A stretch of 64,000 nucleotides of DNA, from positions 672,001 through 736,000 of the forward strand of contig CBDBBI010000010.1 in the NCBI GenBank assembly GCA_965202625.1, given 5' to 3'. Made by a program: the position numbers and the translations under genes. How positions within the stretch are numbered: the stretch's first letter is position 1; the number at the start of each line of letters is the position of its first letter. Positions 1-10,249 of the stretch are shown here, piece by piece. The notes under the pieces were generated by a model. It was not told the DNA's origin, did not search any database, and saw nothing but the letters and a program-made list of their open reading frames with translations. This stretch comes from a bacterium. GTDB lineage: Bacteria; UBA8248.

Positions 1-844
1 TGAGTGTCCCCATGCCGCAAAACACCACATCTGCATCGTCAGTCATATATTCGTCAAGGAATGGATTCGTGTCCGCACCAAAAATTCTATTAAAATCAGC
101 ATGGGCTTCCTTCAACACGGTGTAAGCATTTTTGGCCGCCTCGCTGCTTTGACGTCTCACTTCCATGAGCCAGTCTTCATTCGCCTGAGGCGCGATGGTG
201 ATGGGATTGTCTGGATGAAGGAGCAAGTCGCCCCTATCATAGGGAGGAAGGAATTGATTGACTTCTTCTTGGCCAGGCAACCGTACCGTCGCCTGGCTGT
301 GCGTCAAGAACGCTCCGTCCATCGCAATGGCACATGGCAGATAGACCCTAGGGTCTTCTGCGATGCGATACGCCAATAAACCAAGTTCGACGACTTCTTG
401 TGCCGTGTCCGGAAAATTGATCATCCAGCCCAAATCACGAACGAGCATAGCATCATTGTGCTCGGTGCCAAATGCACCCGGATCATCTAAGGCGCGACAA
501 CCCACCAACGCCACCATGGGCAGACGTAAGCCGGCCGTGACAGCCAGCGGCTCCATAGCATAGAGCCATCCCACGCCGCTCGAGCCTGTGAATACGCGCG
601 CGCCGCAGGCTGATGCGTGTTTTACAATTTCAAACTGGCCATGCTCGCTCTCCGCCGGAATATAATCCGCGTCGAAATCACCCTCCGCGATAAACTTGGA
701 AACATATTGCATCACCGTATCATACGGCCTGATGGGATATGCCGTAATAACATCCACGTCGGCAAGGCGGCAAACATGCGCCATAACCTCACTTCCAGTG
801 AGGAGATGTACCCCCGCACCTTTTTGTTCAGTTGTCGTCGTCAT
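1..844 (-). CDS. 2-oxoacid:ferredoxin oxidoreductase alpha subunit, oxalate-oxidoreductase-like (3' end outside window)
   Basis: Not in ORF track. Hand translation from ATG at 844 (AGGAG RBS): MTTTTEQKGAGVHLLTGSEVMAHVCRLADVDVITAYPIRPY...ESEHGQ...GARVFTGSSGVG...RALDDPGAFGTEHNDA; open to the window edge. Confidence 0.9.
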   Translation of the reverse strand, partial: MTTTTEQKGAGVHLLTGSEVMAHVCRLADVDVITAYPIRPYDTVMQYVSKFIAEGDFDADYIPAESEHGQFEIVKHASACGARVFTGSSGVGWLYAMEPLAVTAGLRLPMVALVGCRALDDPGAFGTEHNDAMLVRDLGWMINFPDTAQEVVELGLLAYRIAEDPRVYLPCAIAMDGAFLTHSQATVRLPGQEEVNQFLPPYDRGDLLLHPDNPITIAPQANEDWLMEVRRQSSEAAKNAYTVLKEAHADFNRIFGADTNPFLDEYMTDDADVVFCGMGTL

Positions 845-857
845 CTGTTCGCTCCTA

Positions 858-2045
858 TTAAAGCTCTTTTAGAGATTTTGTTTTCGCCGTCTCTGAGTTG
901 TGTCCCGTGTCGAGACCCGCCCCCGAGAACGCTTCCGCGAGGCCGGTGATCGGGTGCCGGCCATCTATCTTTCCATTGCTGATTTTCTCGTCCATATATT
1001 TTGTGTATTCGCCTTTGTCCTCGCACCACATTTGGTATTGACTATCCCGTTCTTCAAAAACGACCTCATTCACCATCGTGATGCAATCCTTGACAGGACA
1101 AATGGCTTCGCATACGCCGCAGCCGCAGCAAGCTTCCATGTTGGCGTCGAAGAAGCCATCCGGAGTTACATCGAAACAAGTGTCTGGACATGCAATCCAG
1201 CAAAGGGTGCACTTCGTGCATTTGTCAAAAGACACTATGGGGCGCATGGTTCGGGTCGACCATTTTTTGAAGTAGGGATTACGGCCCGGTTCATAGCCAC
1301 CATTACCGCCCCTGAAACCCTCATGGCCCCCTACCCCGTCAATGACGACGCCTTGGCGCATTTCGTGCCACTTCAAAAGCTCAAACGTGAAGGGAACTTC
1401 GTCGTTGCCTTGGCCCGGTTCTATTTCCACGGGCCGTAAGTCCTCATAGACCTCGCGCGCGGCCTCTACGTGCGTTTCGGAGCCGATGTTCTCGCGAATG
1501 GCCGATTCCAAAGACGCCATGGAGCACATGCTCGGCTCGGCCTTAAGAGCCGCCCCTAAACACCGCGCGTCGGTGCCGTCATCTTTATACACCCAGAGGC
1601 CGGCAAAGCTTGGGTCACTGTTGATGACCGCAAGTTTATAAGGTGCTTCTCTACGATGAATATGTTTGACGAGTTCATCTTCCTTTTTTGTTGACGTAAC
1701 GATAAGCGTGCCGCCGGGTTTTGTCACAGCGTTGATTGGCTGAAGCCCATACCACGCCCAGGATTCCACGCCTTTACAGAGCGTATCGTCTACGCAGATG
1801 GAAATATCTACTTGCTTAGGCTCATATTGCGCTGCCACGGACTCGAGCTCTTCCTCATTATCCGCGATGTACCCAAATTGCTTTGCCGGAATTCCATTTC
1901 GTTCGGGCGAATCGCTGTATCGTCCGAATGAAATTCCTGGTTTACCTTCCTTCACAGCCGCAAGAATTAAGGAGCGAGAAATGTTCACTGCAAGTTTTTT
2001 CTGAAAAATACCTCGGTAGATCACTTCAAATGATATTACGCTCAC
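858..2045 (-). CDS. 2-oxoacid:ferredoxin oxidoreductase fused gamma/delta subunit with 2x[4Fe-4S]
   Basis: N-terminal PorC-like region (YSDSPERNG, PGGTLIV) plus CTKCTLCWIACP and CCGCGVCEAICP; directly upstream of the alpha subunit. Confidence 0.85.
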   Translation of the reverse strand: MSVISFEVIYRGIFQKKLAVNISRSLILAAVKEGKPGISFGRYSDSPERNGIPAKQFGYIADNEEELESVAAQYEPKQVDISICVDDTLCKGVESWAWYGLQPINAVTKPGGTLIVTSTKKEDELVKHIHRREAPYKLAVINSDPSFAGLWVYKDDGTDARCLGAALKAEPSMCSMASLESAIRENIGSETHVEAAREVYEDLRPVEIEPGQGNDEVPFTFELLKWHEMRQGVVIDGVGGHEGFRGGNGGYEPGRNPYFKKWSTRTMRPIVSFDKCTKCTLCWIACPDTCFDVTPDGFFDANMEACCGCGVCEAICPVKDCITMVNEVVFEERDSQYQMWCEDKGEYTKYMDEKISNGKIDGRHPITGLAEAFSGAGLDTGHNSETAKTKSLKEL

Positions 2046-2057
2046 ATTCGATACCCC

Positions 2058-2855
2058 CTACTTGGAAATTGATGAAATGAAACTTTTTGAAGATTTCCAC
2101 GAAATCGAGTTGCCCGTGTTGCGGTTGCGAATTCGTCGCATGTTCTCATTTGGACGCCTTTCGACCTCATTGCCTTCAGCCTCAACGAGGTGGCTAATCA
2201 TTCCGGCACTCGCCCTGTTTCTATCGCTAGTGAGAACGGCTTCCAAAATCTCTTCGTGCGCTTCCCATGAGCGGAAGCGAACGCTTTTATCACGAAGCGA
2301 ACGCTCTCTGATCTCACTTAGCGAATTTAGCAAGGTACTCAACAAATGGTGCAAAAATTTGTTTTTGGCGGCTTGTGCAAGGCCCAAGTGAAATTTGGTG
2401 TCCTCCTCCAAACCAAGGCCCCCACCTTCTATCTCATCACGTTGATGCCGGAGCGTGCTCTTAAGTTTTTCCACTTCCTCATTTGTTATACGCTCAGCGG
2501 CTAAAGTGGTGATTTGAGGCTCCAGAACCATGCGCGCCTCGAAAAGATGGTGGACTCCATCCTCTGTGTCGGATGACATTTTTTCAGAAATCATAGGAAC
2601 CATGGATTCGGGTTGCGCCGTGACGAATGTCCCTTCTCCTTGTCTCGTCTCTACCAGCTTAGCGGATTCCAATGAGCGCGTTGCCTCTCGAACTGAATTC
2701 CGGCCAACGCCAAATTGTTCACACAGCTCCCTCTCGGATGGCAACTTATCGCCGGGCTTGATTTCACCTTCCAGTATCAAGGACGTGAGTTGAGCGACTA
2801 TGGCCTCATAGACGCGAGTTTTTTTTACTATCTGCAACCTCTCGTGAATGACCAA
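2058..2855 (-). CDS. FadR/GntR-family transcriptional regulator
   Basis: KPGDKLPSERELCEQFGVGRNSVREA wHTH plus FCD domain (FEARMVLE, DTKFH, HEEILEA); TTG at 2855 chosen for its GAGG RBS (track start 2903). Confidence 0.93.
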   Translation of the reverse strand: MVIHERLQIVKKTRVYEAIVAQLTSLILEGEIKPGDKLPSERELCEQFGVGRNSVREATRSLESAKLVETRQGEGTFVTAQPESMVPMISEKMSSDTEDGVHHLFEARMVLEPQITTLAAERITNEEVEKLKSTLRHQRDEIEGGGLGLEEDTKFHLGLAQAAKNKFLHHLLSTLLNSLSEIRERSLRDKSVRFRSWEAHEEILEAVLTSDRNRASAGMISHLVEAEGNEVERRPNENMRRIRNRNTGNSISWKSSKSFISSISK

Positions 2856-2911
2856 AACAAATTCCTCGGACACATATTGTAAAAGCATATTATAGACTAT
2901 CACTTATGGGA

Positions 2912-2922
2912 TTGTCCTACCA
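2912..2922. promoter_or_regulatory. Putative FadR-type operator
   Basis: TGGTAGGACAA on the minus strand fits TnGT-N3-ACnA; near a TATAAT at 2889-2894 upstream of the regulator. Confidence 0.55.
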
Positions 2923-3095
2923 GCTATTTTAGAACAAGTCAACAAGTCTCAAAGGTAGTCAATCTGAAATAGAGGAGTTTTCGATCATTCCTGAATTTTG
3001 TTTGATTACATTCCTGTTGGCTTTGATGCTAGAGTTCTCCTTTCCCGCTTTGCTATGTTTCCCTCTCCGACAAAAAACAAAAAAGATGTGAAGCC

Positions 3096-4203
3096 TTGAG
3101 AAAATGGCAAATTCTCACTTTGCTTACTATCGGGCACGCTTTTGAACATTGGTACTAAGGCGTTTTAGGGCCTATTATCCCTATCTGACAGCAGACTTGG
3201 GTCTTACGTTGAACCAGGTGGGACTACTATTTACTGGCAGAGCCGTGATGAGCGCTTTTAGCAGTGTGGGTACAGGCTACATCATCGATCGTTACGTTGG
3301 ATGTATGGCTTCCGTTGCGTTGTTTTATGGCGGAGCAAGTTTTGCGAATGGATTTCTCACGGTGGCCCCCGTCATATGGTTGAGCGGATTGGCGACGCAC
3401 ACCTGGCATCCACCAGCCATGGGTCTACTGGGAATACGCTTTAAGAACCGAAAAGGCTTTGCGCTAGGCGTGCACGGAACGGGCGCGAACATGGGACAGT
3501 CCCTTGCCCCCATCATCGCAGGTTTCCTGCTCCTGGTGATGAACTGGCGAGGGGTGTTACTATTGAACACTGTTCCCTTGTTCGCCACGGCAATGCTTTT
3601 GTGGATTTGCCTAAAATCCTTTCACCTCAATGGAAATCAAAAGCCTAACGTCTCCGTTCATCCGAGCAATTTCAAGAATGCGCTCCAAGAATGCGCTCAT
3701 CAAAAACCCAGGCATAATTCGTATTTGCTTCTTATAGAGCATAAGGATACTGGCGCATAACGTGACGTTGATTTTTACTTCCGATATTGCTACTGAGGAA
3801 ATATAGGGTAGGGCCAAGCTTCTTGGGCATTGCGATTGGCGTATATTCGGCGGCGTCCATATTTCCAGAAACAATCGTTGGCTATCTCTCTGACAGGATG
3901 TCAAGAAAACTGATTTTGTCTGTGGGAATCGCCGCCGGTGGAATATCGATGCTCATGACTCCTCGTATGGGCACAGGAATTGTATTATACGGTTGCCTTG
4001 CTTGTGTCGGTGTTTTTCTCACCTCTATGCGCTCCGCTATTTTTGCATACGGATGCTCATGGCTTCGAATTCGCTTTTGGGGCGATCGGCATATTGTGTC
4101 TGGGAAGTTTATCTGCTTTTTTATGGTTGCCTGGAATAGAGGGAGAATCAGGTTTTCGACGCCCAGCCGTCAGCCAAGGAGATTCTGCACACCCATTTCT
4201 TAG
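3096..4203 (+). pseudogene. Degraded MFS transporter (Fsr-like)
   Basis: MRKWQILTLLTIGHAFEHWY, TAA at 3156-3158, then GVLGPIIP and a frameshift into YLTADLGL...; fragments with HTWHPPAMG, GFALGVHGTGANMG and GYLSDRMSRK lie in different frames. Confidence 0.8.
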
Positions 4204-4224
4204 GCCATTTCGAGGAGATGTCAT

Positions 4225-7200
4225 GTGAACGGGCAGATTCACAAGCATTTGGTGGTTGCTCATATAGAGAGATTATTGGCCGGTGGCGCGCTTACTCCAA
4301 CGGCGAAAGATATCCTCATTTCCATTGGCGTCACCGACCCAGCAAGCATAATCAGAAACCTCCAATCTTTAGCATTGCACCCGGCTTTTCCACGTAATAA
4401 CTCTAAGTTTTTAGAGCAGCTGTTATGCTCTTTGAGCGATACGTTCGACCCAGAACGCGCTCTGAGCAACTTTGAACGAATTTTAGCGACTCTCGATAAG
4501 CCAGATTCGTTTCTGAAAACCCTCAACCGCTCGGATGAACGCCGAACAGAGTTCTTCGCATTAGCAGGTGGAAGTCAGTTCTTGACAGAAACAATCCTGC
4601 GGCATCCTCGTTTTCTCGACTGGCTCTTGCGACCAAATACATTAAAAGCCGTTCGCACCAAAGAAAAAATGGAATCTGATCTATGGCGCTGGGTTTGCGA
4701 TAACAACGATTCCCTGAATGGGACTGAGAATGCAATGCGCCGATTTCGCCAGCGGGAATACTTAAGAATTGCGATATTGGATTTGATGCGTCAGGCGTCT
4801 CTCCAAGAAATCACCTCCAGCCTTTCTCATTTGGCCGACGCTTGTCTAGAAGTGGCGGTTCGAATTGCCAGTAATGAGCTTCAGAAAAAATATGGAAAGC
4901 CCCAACATAAAGACATAGGCGGGAGATGGAGAGATACCAAGTTCAGCGTCATAGGTTTGGGCAAACTCGGTGGGCTCGAGCTTAACTTTAGTTCAGATAT
5001 CGATTTGTTGTTCATATATTCATCAGATGACGGTCAAACGTCCGGGGCTGTAGATCCATTGACGGGGAAAAGAAAAAGAAGGATCACGAATCACGAATTT
5101 TTCGCCCACCTGGCTCGACGCATCATATCCTTGATGGGCAAGAATACCGAAGAGGGTCATGTATTTCGAATAGACATGCGTCTGCGACCCGAAGGCGCCC
5201 AAGGGGCATTGGCATATTCGCTTAGGAGCTGCGAGGTCTACTACGAGTCTTGGGGAGAAACATGGGAGCGGCAGGCGTTCATCAAAGCGAGACATTGCGC
5301 GGGTTCTGCCGCCTTGAGCCATTCATTTTTGAAAATGATGCGTCCCTTCATATACCGGCGAACACTAGACATAAGCGTCATCACGGAAATCGGAATCATC
5401 AAAGATCGCATCAACAGAAACTTGAAGGGTTCGGATGCAACCACGCGAAACGTAAAACTCGGCGAAGGCGGCATTCGGGAAATTGAATTTATTACCCAGG
5501 CTCTACAAATCATCTACGGCGGACGAGAAACCCTTCTTCAAAACTCAAATACATTGGAGAGTCTCTCCATCATAGAGGCGATTGGCCTTTTACCCAAGAA
5601 TGAGTGCGATGCGCTTTCGCGCGCTTATATATTTCTCAGAGGTGTCGAGCATCGCGTGCAAGTCACGCACGGGCTTCAATTGCACGAGGTGCCAACTGAT
5701 GAGAAAGATTTGACCGTGCTCGCCCGCAAAATGGACTGCGCGGGGAGCAAAGACTTCAAATCCCAACTCACATATCACCAAAATAATGTGTCAAGAATAT
5801 TTGAAAACATGTTTCGCAATGGGAATGAAGATGAACAAGCAGACGCAACGAGCGATGAGCAATCCCCGGCGCTTACTTTAGGAGATTCCCTATCTACCGA
5901 AGAGCTGGCCTCATATAATTTTGCAGACCCAGAAGACGTGAGCAGGCATCTAAAACTCTTGAGGAACGGCGCATCGCTCGAACATGTCAGCGCCAAGGCG
6001 AAGCGGATATTCGATGAGCTCCTCCCTCGCCTTCTCCATCAAACCCTCGAACTCCCGGAACCGGATAGAGCTGTCGCACACCTCAACAAATTTGTGGACC
6101 AGGGAGGAGGGCGTGAATCTATCCTCGGGTTTATGGCTGAGCAAGAGGAATCGCTGGAAATCATTCTTAAACTATTCGCTTCAAGTAATTATTTGTCTGA
6201 AATTCTGATTTCCCAGCCCGGACTACTTGAAACCCTCTTTCAAACCGAAACCCTCTCCAGGCCGCGCTCAAAAGAACTCCTCGCCTCTGAAATGGAGAAA
6301 ATAAGGGACGCGAAAATCTCGACAGAGGATAAATTTAACCGTCTGCACGTTGCGAAAAAAAGCGAAGAACTCGCGATAGGCATCAGAAGCCTCCTTGGGG
6401 CGGCAGATATTTTAGAAACTTTATCTGCCCTCTCTCATCTTGCGGAGGAAATTCTGAAGAGTGGCTATGCGATAGCACGCGAAAGAATGCTCAAACTCTA
6501 TGGCACTCCGATTGAGTCAGAGACGGGAAAGGAAGCACAATTCGTGATTATCGGCCTCGGCAAGTTAGGAAGCGGAGAGATGAATTATGGTTCAGATTTG
6601 GACTTGATATTTGTTTACAGCGCTTTAGGGAAAACGAATGGGCAAATCAATGGGAAAAGTTCTAAATACAAGCCCATTATAAATCATGAGTTCTTCATCA
6701 AAATGTGCACGTGTTTACGCGATGGCTTGGCCGCGTCAAGCGGTCGAGAACGAACTTACGAAATAGACTTTCGATTACGACCTGAGGGGAAAAAGGGGCC
6801 ATTGACGGCGCCGATGGAAAGCTTCACAAATTACTTTATGGGACGTGCCGAAACTTGGGAAAGACAAGCGTTTACAAGAGCAAGTTATGTTACAGGATCG
6901 CAAATGTTCGGCTCAGAATTTATGAGGCTTGTTGACGAATTCGTATATGAGAAGGAGGTCCCTGAACAATTTTCCGCACAGGTTCATCATATGCGCAAAC
7001 GCATTGAAACGGAATTGTCTCGTGAAGACGAGGCAATCATGGACATTAAGCTCGGGCGTGGCGGGATTATCGATATTGAATTTTTGACTCAATATCTCCT
7101 TATTCAAAATGGAAAGGCGCATACCGAGATTCGGGTTCCAAATACCTATCTTGCTCTCCAAGCGCTAAATAAAGCGAGGATACTCACGGACAAAGATAGC

Positions 7201-7461
7201 GCTGCATTACTGGATGGCTACCGCTTCTTACGACTTGTTGAGAACCGCCTCCGCATAGGCAACTCCCAGTCCATCAATATATTCCTCAAAGCACCGCGCT
7301 CGATGAGTATGTTGGCGCGGCGAATGAACTTTGTGGATGATATTGATGGAAGCGCTCACGCCAAGTTCCTGGCTGCATACGAGAAAAAAACAGGTCTTAT
7401 AAGAGAAGTATATGAAAAAGTGATGCTCGGAAGAAACAATCATTTCACGGACATTGTCTGA
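4225..7461 (+). CDS. glnE: Bifunctional glutamine synthetase adenylyltransferase/adenylyl-removing enzyme
   Basis: 1078 aa with two NT domains (GLGKLGGLELNFSSDIDL; GLGKLGSGEMNYGSDLDL), two D.RLRPEG and WERQA motifs, KLGxGGIxxIEF. Confidence 0.96.
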   Translation: MNGQIHKHLVVAHIERLLAGGALTPTAKDILISIGVTDPASIIRNLQSLALHPAFPRNNSKFLEQLLCSLSDTFDPERALSNFERILATLDKPDSFLKTLNRSDERRTEFFALAGGSQFLTETILRHPRFLDWLLRPNTLKAVRTKEKMESDLWRWVCDNNDSLNGTENAMRRFRQREYLRIAILDLMRQASLQEITSSLSHLADACLEVAVRIASNELQKKYGKPQHKDIGGRWRDTKFSVIGLGKLGGLELNFSSDIDLLFIYSSDDGQTSGAVDPLTGKRKRRITNHEFFAHLARRIISLMGKNTEEGHVFRIDMRLRPEGAQGALAYSLRSCEVYYESWGETWERQAFIKARHCAGSAALSHSFLKMMRPFIYRRTLDISVITEIGIIKDRINRNLKGSDATTRNVKLGEGGIREIEFITQALQIIYGGRETLLQNSNTLESLSIIEAIGLLPKNECDALSRAYIFLRGVEHRVQVTHGLQLHEVPTDEKDLTVLARKMDCAGSKDFKSQLTYHQNNVSRIFENMFRNGNEDEQADATSDEQSPALTLGDSLSTEELASYNFADPEDVSRHLKLLRNGASLEHVSAKAKRIFDELLPRLLHQTLELPEPDRAVAHLNKFVDQGGGRESILGFMAEQEESLEIILKLFASSNYLSEILISQPGLLETLFQTETLSRPRSKELLASEMEKIRDAKISTEDKFNRLHVAKKSEELAIGIRSLLGAADILETLSALSHLAEEILKSGYAIARERMLKLYGTPIESETGKEAQFVIIGLGKLGSGEMNYGSDLDLIFVYSALGKTNGQINGKSSKYKPIINHEFFIKMCTCLRDGLAASSGRERTYEIDFRLRPEGKKGPLTAPMESFTNYFMGRAETWERQAFTRASYVTGSQMFGSEFMRLVDEFVYEKEVPEQFSAQVHHMRKRIETELSREDEAIMDIKLGRGGIIDIEFLTQYLLIQNGKAHTEIRVPNTYLALQALNKARILTDKDSAALLDGYRFLRLVENRLRIGNSQSINIFLKAPRSMSMLARRMNFVDDIDGSAHAKFLAAYEKKTGLIREVYEKVMLGRNNHFTDIV

Positions 7462-7517
7462 CGTCCATTTTCAAGCGCGCATGTGTGTTTGTCCCCCTTG
7501 AAACCAGAGGCTTCGAG

Positions 7518-8741
7518 TTGATAATCAATACCGATCGTTTTCGCAAGTCCATGGAAGACATGGCGAGTATCGGAGCGACGAGCAGAGGCGGTGTGCACCG
7601 CCTCACCCTTTCGGAGGAAGATAAAAAAGCCAGGGAATTATTCGCTCATTGGGCAAATGATGCTGGGCTCTCTGTGCGGGTCGATGAGATGGGCAATATG
7701 TTCGCCAGACGGGCAGGTCAAAACGATGATGCCTATCCAATCATGGTTGGAAGCCACCTCGACACTGTGCCTAAGGGGGGGCGATTCGATGGATCCTTAG
7801 GCGTTTTGGCTGGATTGGAAATCATACGCACTTTGAAGGATAAAAAGATATCGACCAAGCGCCCGATAGAGATCGTAAACTGGACAAACGAGGAGGGGGC
7901 CAGATTTCCACCGGCTATGCTTGGAAGCGGCGTATTTTCGGGTCGGATATCACAGGAATTCGCGTATGAATTAAGAGATAAGGAAGGAGCAAATTTTCTT
8001 GGCGAGCTAGAATGCATCGGCTACCGTGGAAATATGCCTTGCGCACCAAGGCCCATTGCGTCCTATGTTGAACTCCACATTGAGCAAGGCCCCGTTCTTT
8101 TAGAAGAGGGCAAACAAATAGGTATTGTGGAAGGAATTTTTGGTATCTCGTGGCTTCGCGTCACTATGCGGGGAGAACGAGACCATGCAGGCCCCACGCC
8201 GATGCGCATGAGACGCGATGCTTTGGTAGGCGCGGCGCGCGTAATTTCGGCGATTCGCGATATCCCTAGAAAACTGCATCAGGACTTCGTGGCTACAGTT
8301 GGAGAACTATTTGTGTCTCCCAACGCCATAAATGTGATTCCTGACGAAGTGATATTCTCAATCGATTTTCGACACAACCAGCCAGAAATGCTGGATGTCG
8401 CATTCGAACTCGTCAAAGAAGCCGCATTCAGAGAAGCAAAAAAGGAAAACCTGAAAATCGAGATTGAGGACATCGGCTCATCTACTCCCATAGCATTCGA
8501 CATGAACGTTAAAGAAGCGATCGCAGCTGCATGTAGGGGGGCAAACTATAGCCATCGATACTTGTGGAGTGCTGCTGGCCATGATGCCCGCTATGTGGCT
8601 GAACTTGGGCCGACTGCTATGATTTTTGTCCCTTGCGTTGCCGGAAAAAGTCATTCAGAAGCAGAGGACATGGATTGGGAGGACGCGCATAGGGGTTGTG
8701 AAGTTTTAGCGCAAACATTGATAAAATTGGCTAATTCGTGA
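7518..8741 (+). CDS. M20 Zn-dependent amidohydrolase (N-carbamoyl-amino acid/allantoate amidohydrolase family)
   Basis: GSHLDTV, GGRFDG, NEEGARF, ELHIEQG, HAG, GHDA, SHSEAE; TTG start with AGAGG RBS (track start 7485). Confidence 0.92.
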   Translation: MIINTDRFRKSMEDMASIGATSRGGVHRLTLSEEDKKARELFAHWANDAGLSVRVDEMGNMFARRAGQNDDAYPIMVGSHLDTVPKGGRFDGSLGVLAGLEIIRTLKDKKISTKRPIEIVNWTNEEGARFPPAMLGSGVFSGRISQEFAYELRDKEGANFLGELECIGYRGNMPCAPRPIASYVELHIEQGPVLLEEGKQIGIVEGIFGISWLRVTMRGERDHAGPTPMRMRRDALVGAARVISAIRDIPRKLHQDFVATVGELFVSPNAINVIPDEVIFSIDFRHNQPEMLDVAFELVKEAAFREAKKENLKIEIEDIGSSTPIAFDMNVKEAIAAACRGANYSHRYLWSAAGHDARYVAELGPTAMIFVPCVAGKSHSEAEDMDWEDAHRGCEVLAQTLIKLANS

Positions 8742-8765
8742 TCAAAGATGGATGAGGAGAATTAA

Positions 8766-9641
8766 ATGCCAAGTATACGATGGGAAAATAGCGCACGATG
8801 CGCTGTGTGCTTCACTTTTGATGTGGACGGGGAAACGGTATGGATGGCCAGGGACCCATCGCTGGGACACCGGCCCATTCATAATTCCATGGGCGCATAT
8901 GGTCCTAAGGTGGGCGTCCCTCGGATCCTAAAATTTCTCAAAAAACACAGTCTACCCGCCGCCTTCTACGTACCCAGCTGGACGGTGGAAAAATGGCCCA
9001 AAATGACGGAATCCATCGTGAAGGCAGGGCATGAAATTGGGCATCACGGCCACATTCATGAAAAGCCATATCAGATGGCGAACATGGAGAGAGAAGAAGA
9101 GTTACTGGTGCGCGCCCTCGAGATTTTACGACGCGCCACGGGGCAAGAAATTCTAGGTTCCCGCACGCCTTCGGCAGACCCGAGCGTTCACACCATGGAC
9201 TTACTGAAAAAATATGGGCTCCTTTACCATTCCAATATGATGGATGATGATTGGCCTTATTATCATGGTTGCGGATTGGTCGAACTGCCCACGAAATGGA
9301 GTCTTGATGATTTTATATTCTTCGCCCACAGCACAAATCCCCCATTCGGCCACGGCATCCGGGACGCAGAGTCGGTTTATTCCATATGGGTCGAGGAATT
9401 TGAAGGCACGTATGAAGAGGGGGGATACGTCAACTTCATGTGTCATCCCCAAATTATCGGTCAACATCACCGAATGAGAATGCTGGAAAAACTTGTCCTG
9501 CACATTTTAAGTAAAGGCGACGTGTGGCTAGCGGCGCCTGGCGATGTGGCGAAATGCTGGGCATCGCAAAACAAAGCGCCAAAGACAAAAAGAACGAAGA
9601 GAGATGAGGTATCTTCAATGGATGATATTGGGGGCGCTTGA
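8766..9641 (+). CDS. Polysaccharide deacetylase family protein (PuuE/HpPgdA-like)
   Basis: TFDVDGE, YGPKVGVPR, HEIGHHGHIHE, HPQIIG. Confidence 0.88.
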   Translation: MPSIRWENSARCAVCFTFDVDGETVWMARDPSLGHRPIHNSMGAYGPKVGVPRILKFLKKHSLPAAFYVPSWTVEKWPKMTESIVKAGHEIGHHGHIHEKPYQMANMEREEELLVRALEILRRATGQEILGSRTPSADPSVHTMDLLKKYGLLYHSNMMDDDWPYYHGCGLVELPTKWSLDDFIFFAHSTNPPFGHGIRDAESVYSIWVEEFEGTYEEGGYVNFMCHPQIIGQHHRMRMLEKLVLHILSKGDVWLAAPGDVAKCWASQNKAPKTKRTKRDEVSSMDDIGGA

Positions 9642-9744
9642 ATTTGAATAGGCATTCAAGGGTTTGACAAGAGCGCAGATTGGCGAGGGAAACCACCCGC
9701 TGGCGCGCGAAGAAAACGTCAAAAATTCAGGCGAGCGCCGATTC

Positions 9745-10182
9745 TTACAGTATGGGAGATAGCCATCCGAGCAGCCCACCATAAATGGCGTGGGCGACTA
9801 CCGCGGTTTGCCATGCTCTCGGGTGCATTTTACGGCTGAAAAAGCCGTGCCCAGTAATGAATGGATTAAAGACGCATTGGGAAAAAACCAAAAGCGCGCC
9901 ACCCCAGACCAACCCACGAAATACAGGCGGACCTGAGATGTGCCCGGCGGCGACCGTGGCGTATAGCAAGCCTAAAATGACGCCATTTAGATGAACGGCG
10001 ATGACTCCAAGCACATAAGGTGGTTTTCCTTCATAAGATTCCCCGAAGAAGAGCATCGCCAAACCCTTACCAAAATCAAGCTTTACCATACCCACCCTGT
10101 CGGCAATCAAAGCAAACGCCATATGCGCGTACGTAGCGAAAAACGAAGTCACACATATAACGAGCAAATCACCTGGCGCCAT
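9745..10182 (-). CDS. Small multi-TM membrane protein of unknown function
   Basis: About four hydrophobic helices, each of three carrying a His (YAHM, AVHLNG, AHAIYG); follows the LVIVD gene. Confidence 0.75.
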   Translation of the reverse strand: MAPGDLLVICVTSFFATYAHMAFALIADRVGMVKLDFGKGLAMLFFGESYEGKPPYVLGVIAVHLNGVILGLLYATVAAGHISGPPVFRGLVWGGALLVFSQCVFNPFITGHGFFSRKMHPRAWQTAVVAHAIYGGLLGWLSPIL

Positions 10183-10249
10183 AAGATGTTTCCTCGCTCC
10201 GAGAGACTACACCCAGAGAATCAGTATATTGGCTTCAATTCAATGACGA

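Noticed and set aside
3156-3158. Recoded stop in the MFS gene
   Set aside because: It is TAA and is accompanied by frameshifts, so decay rather than recoding
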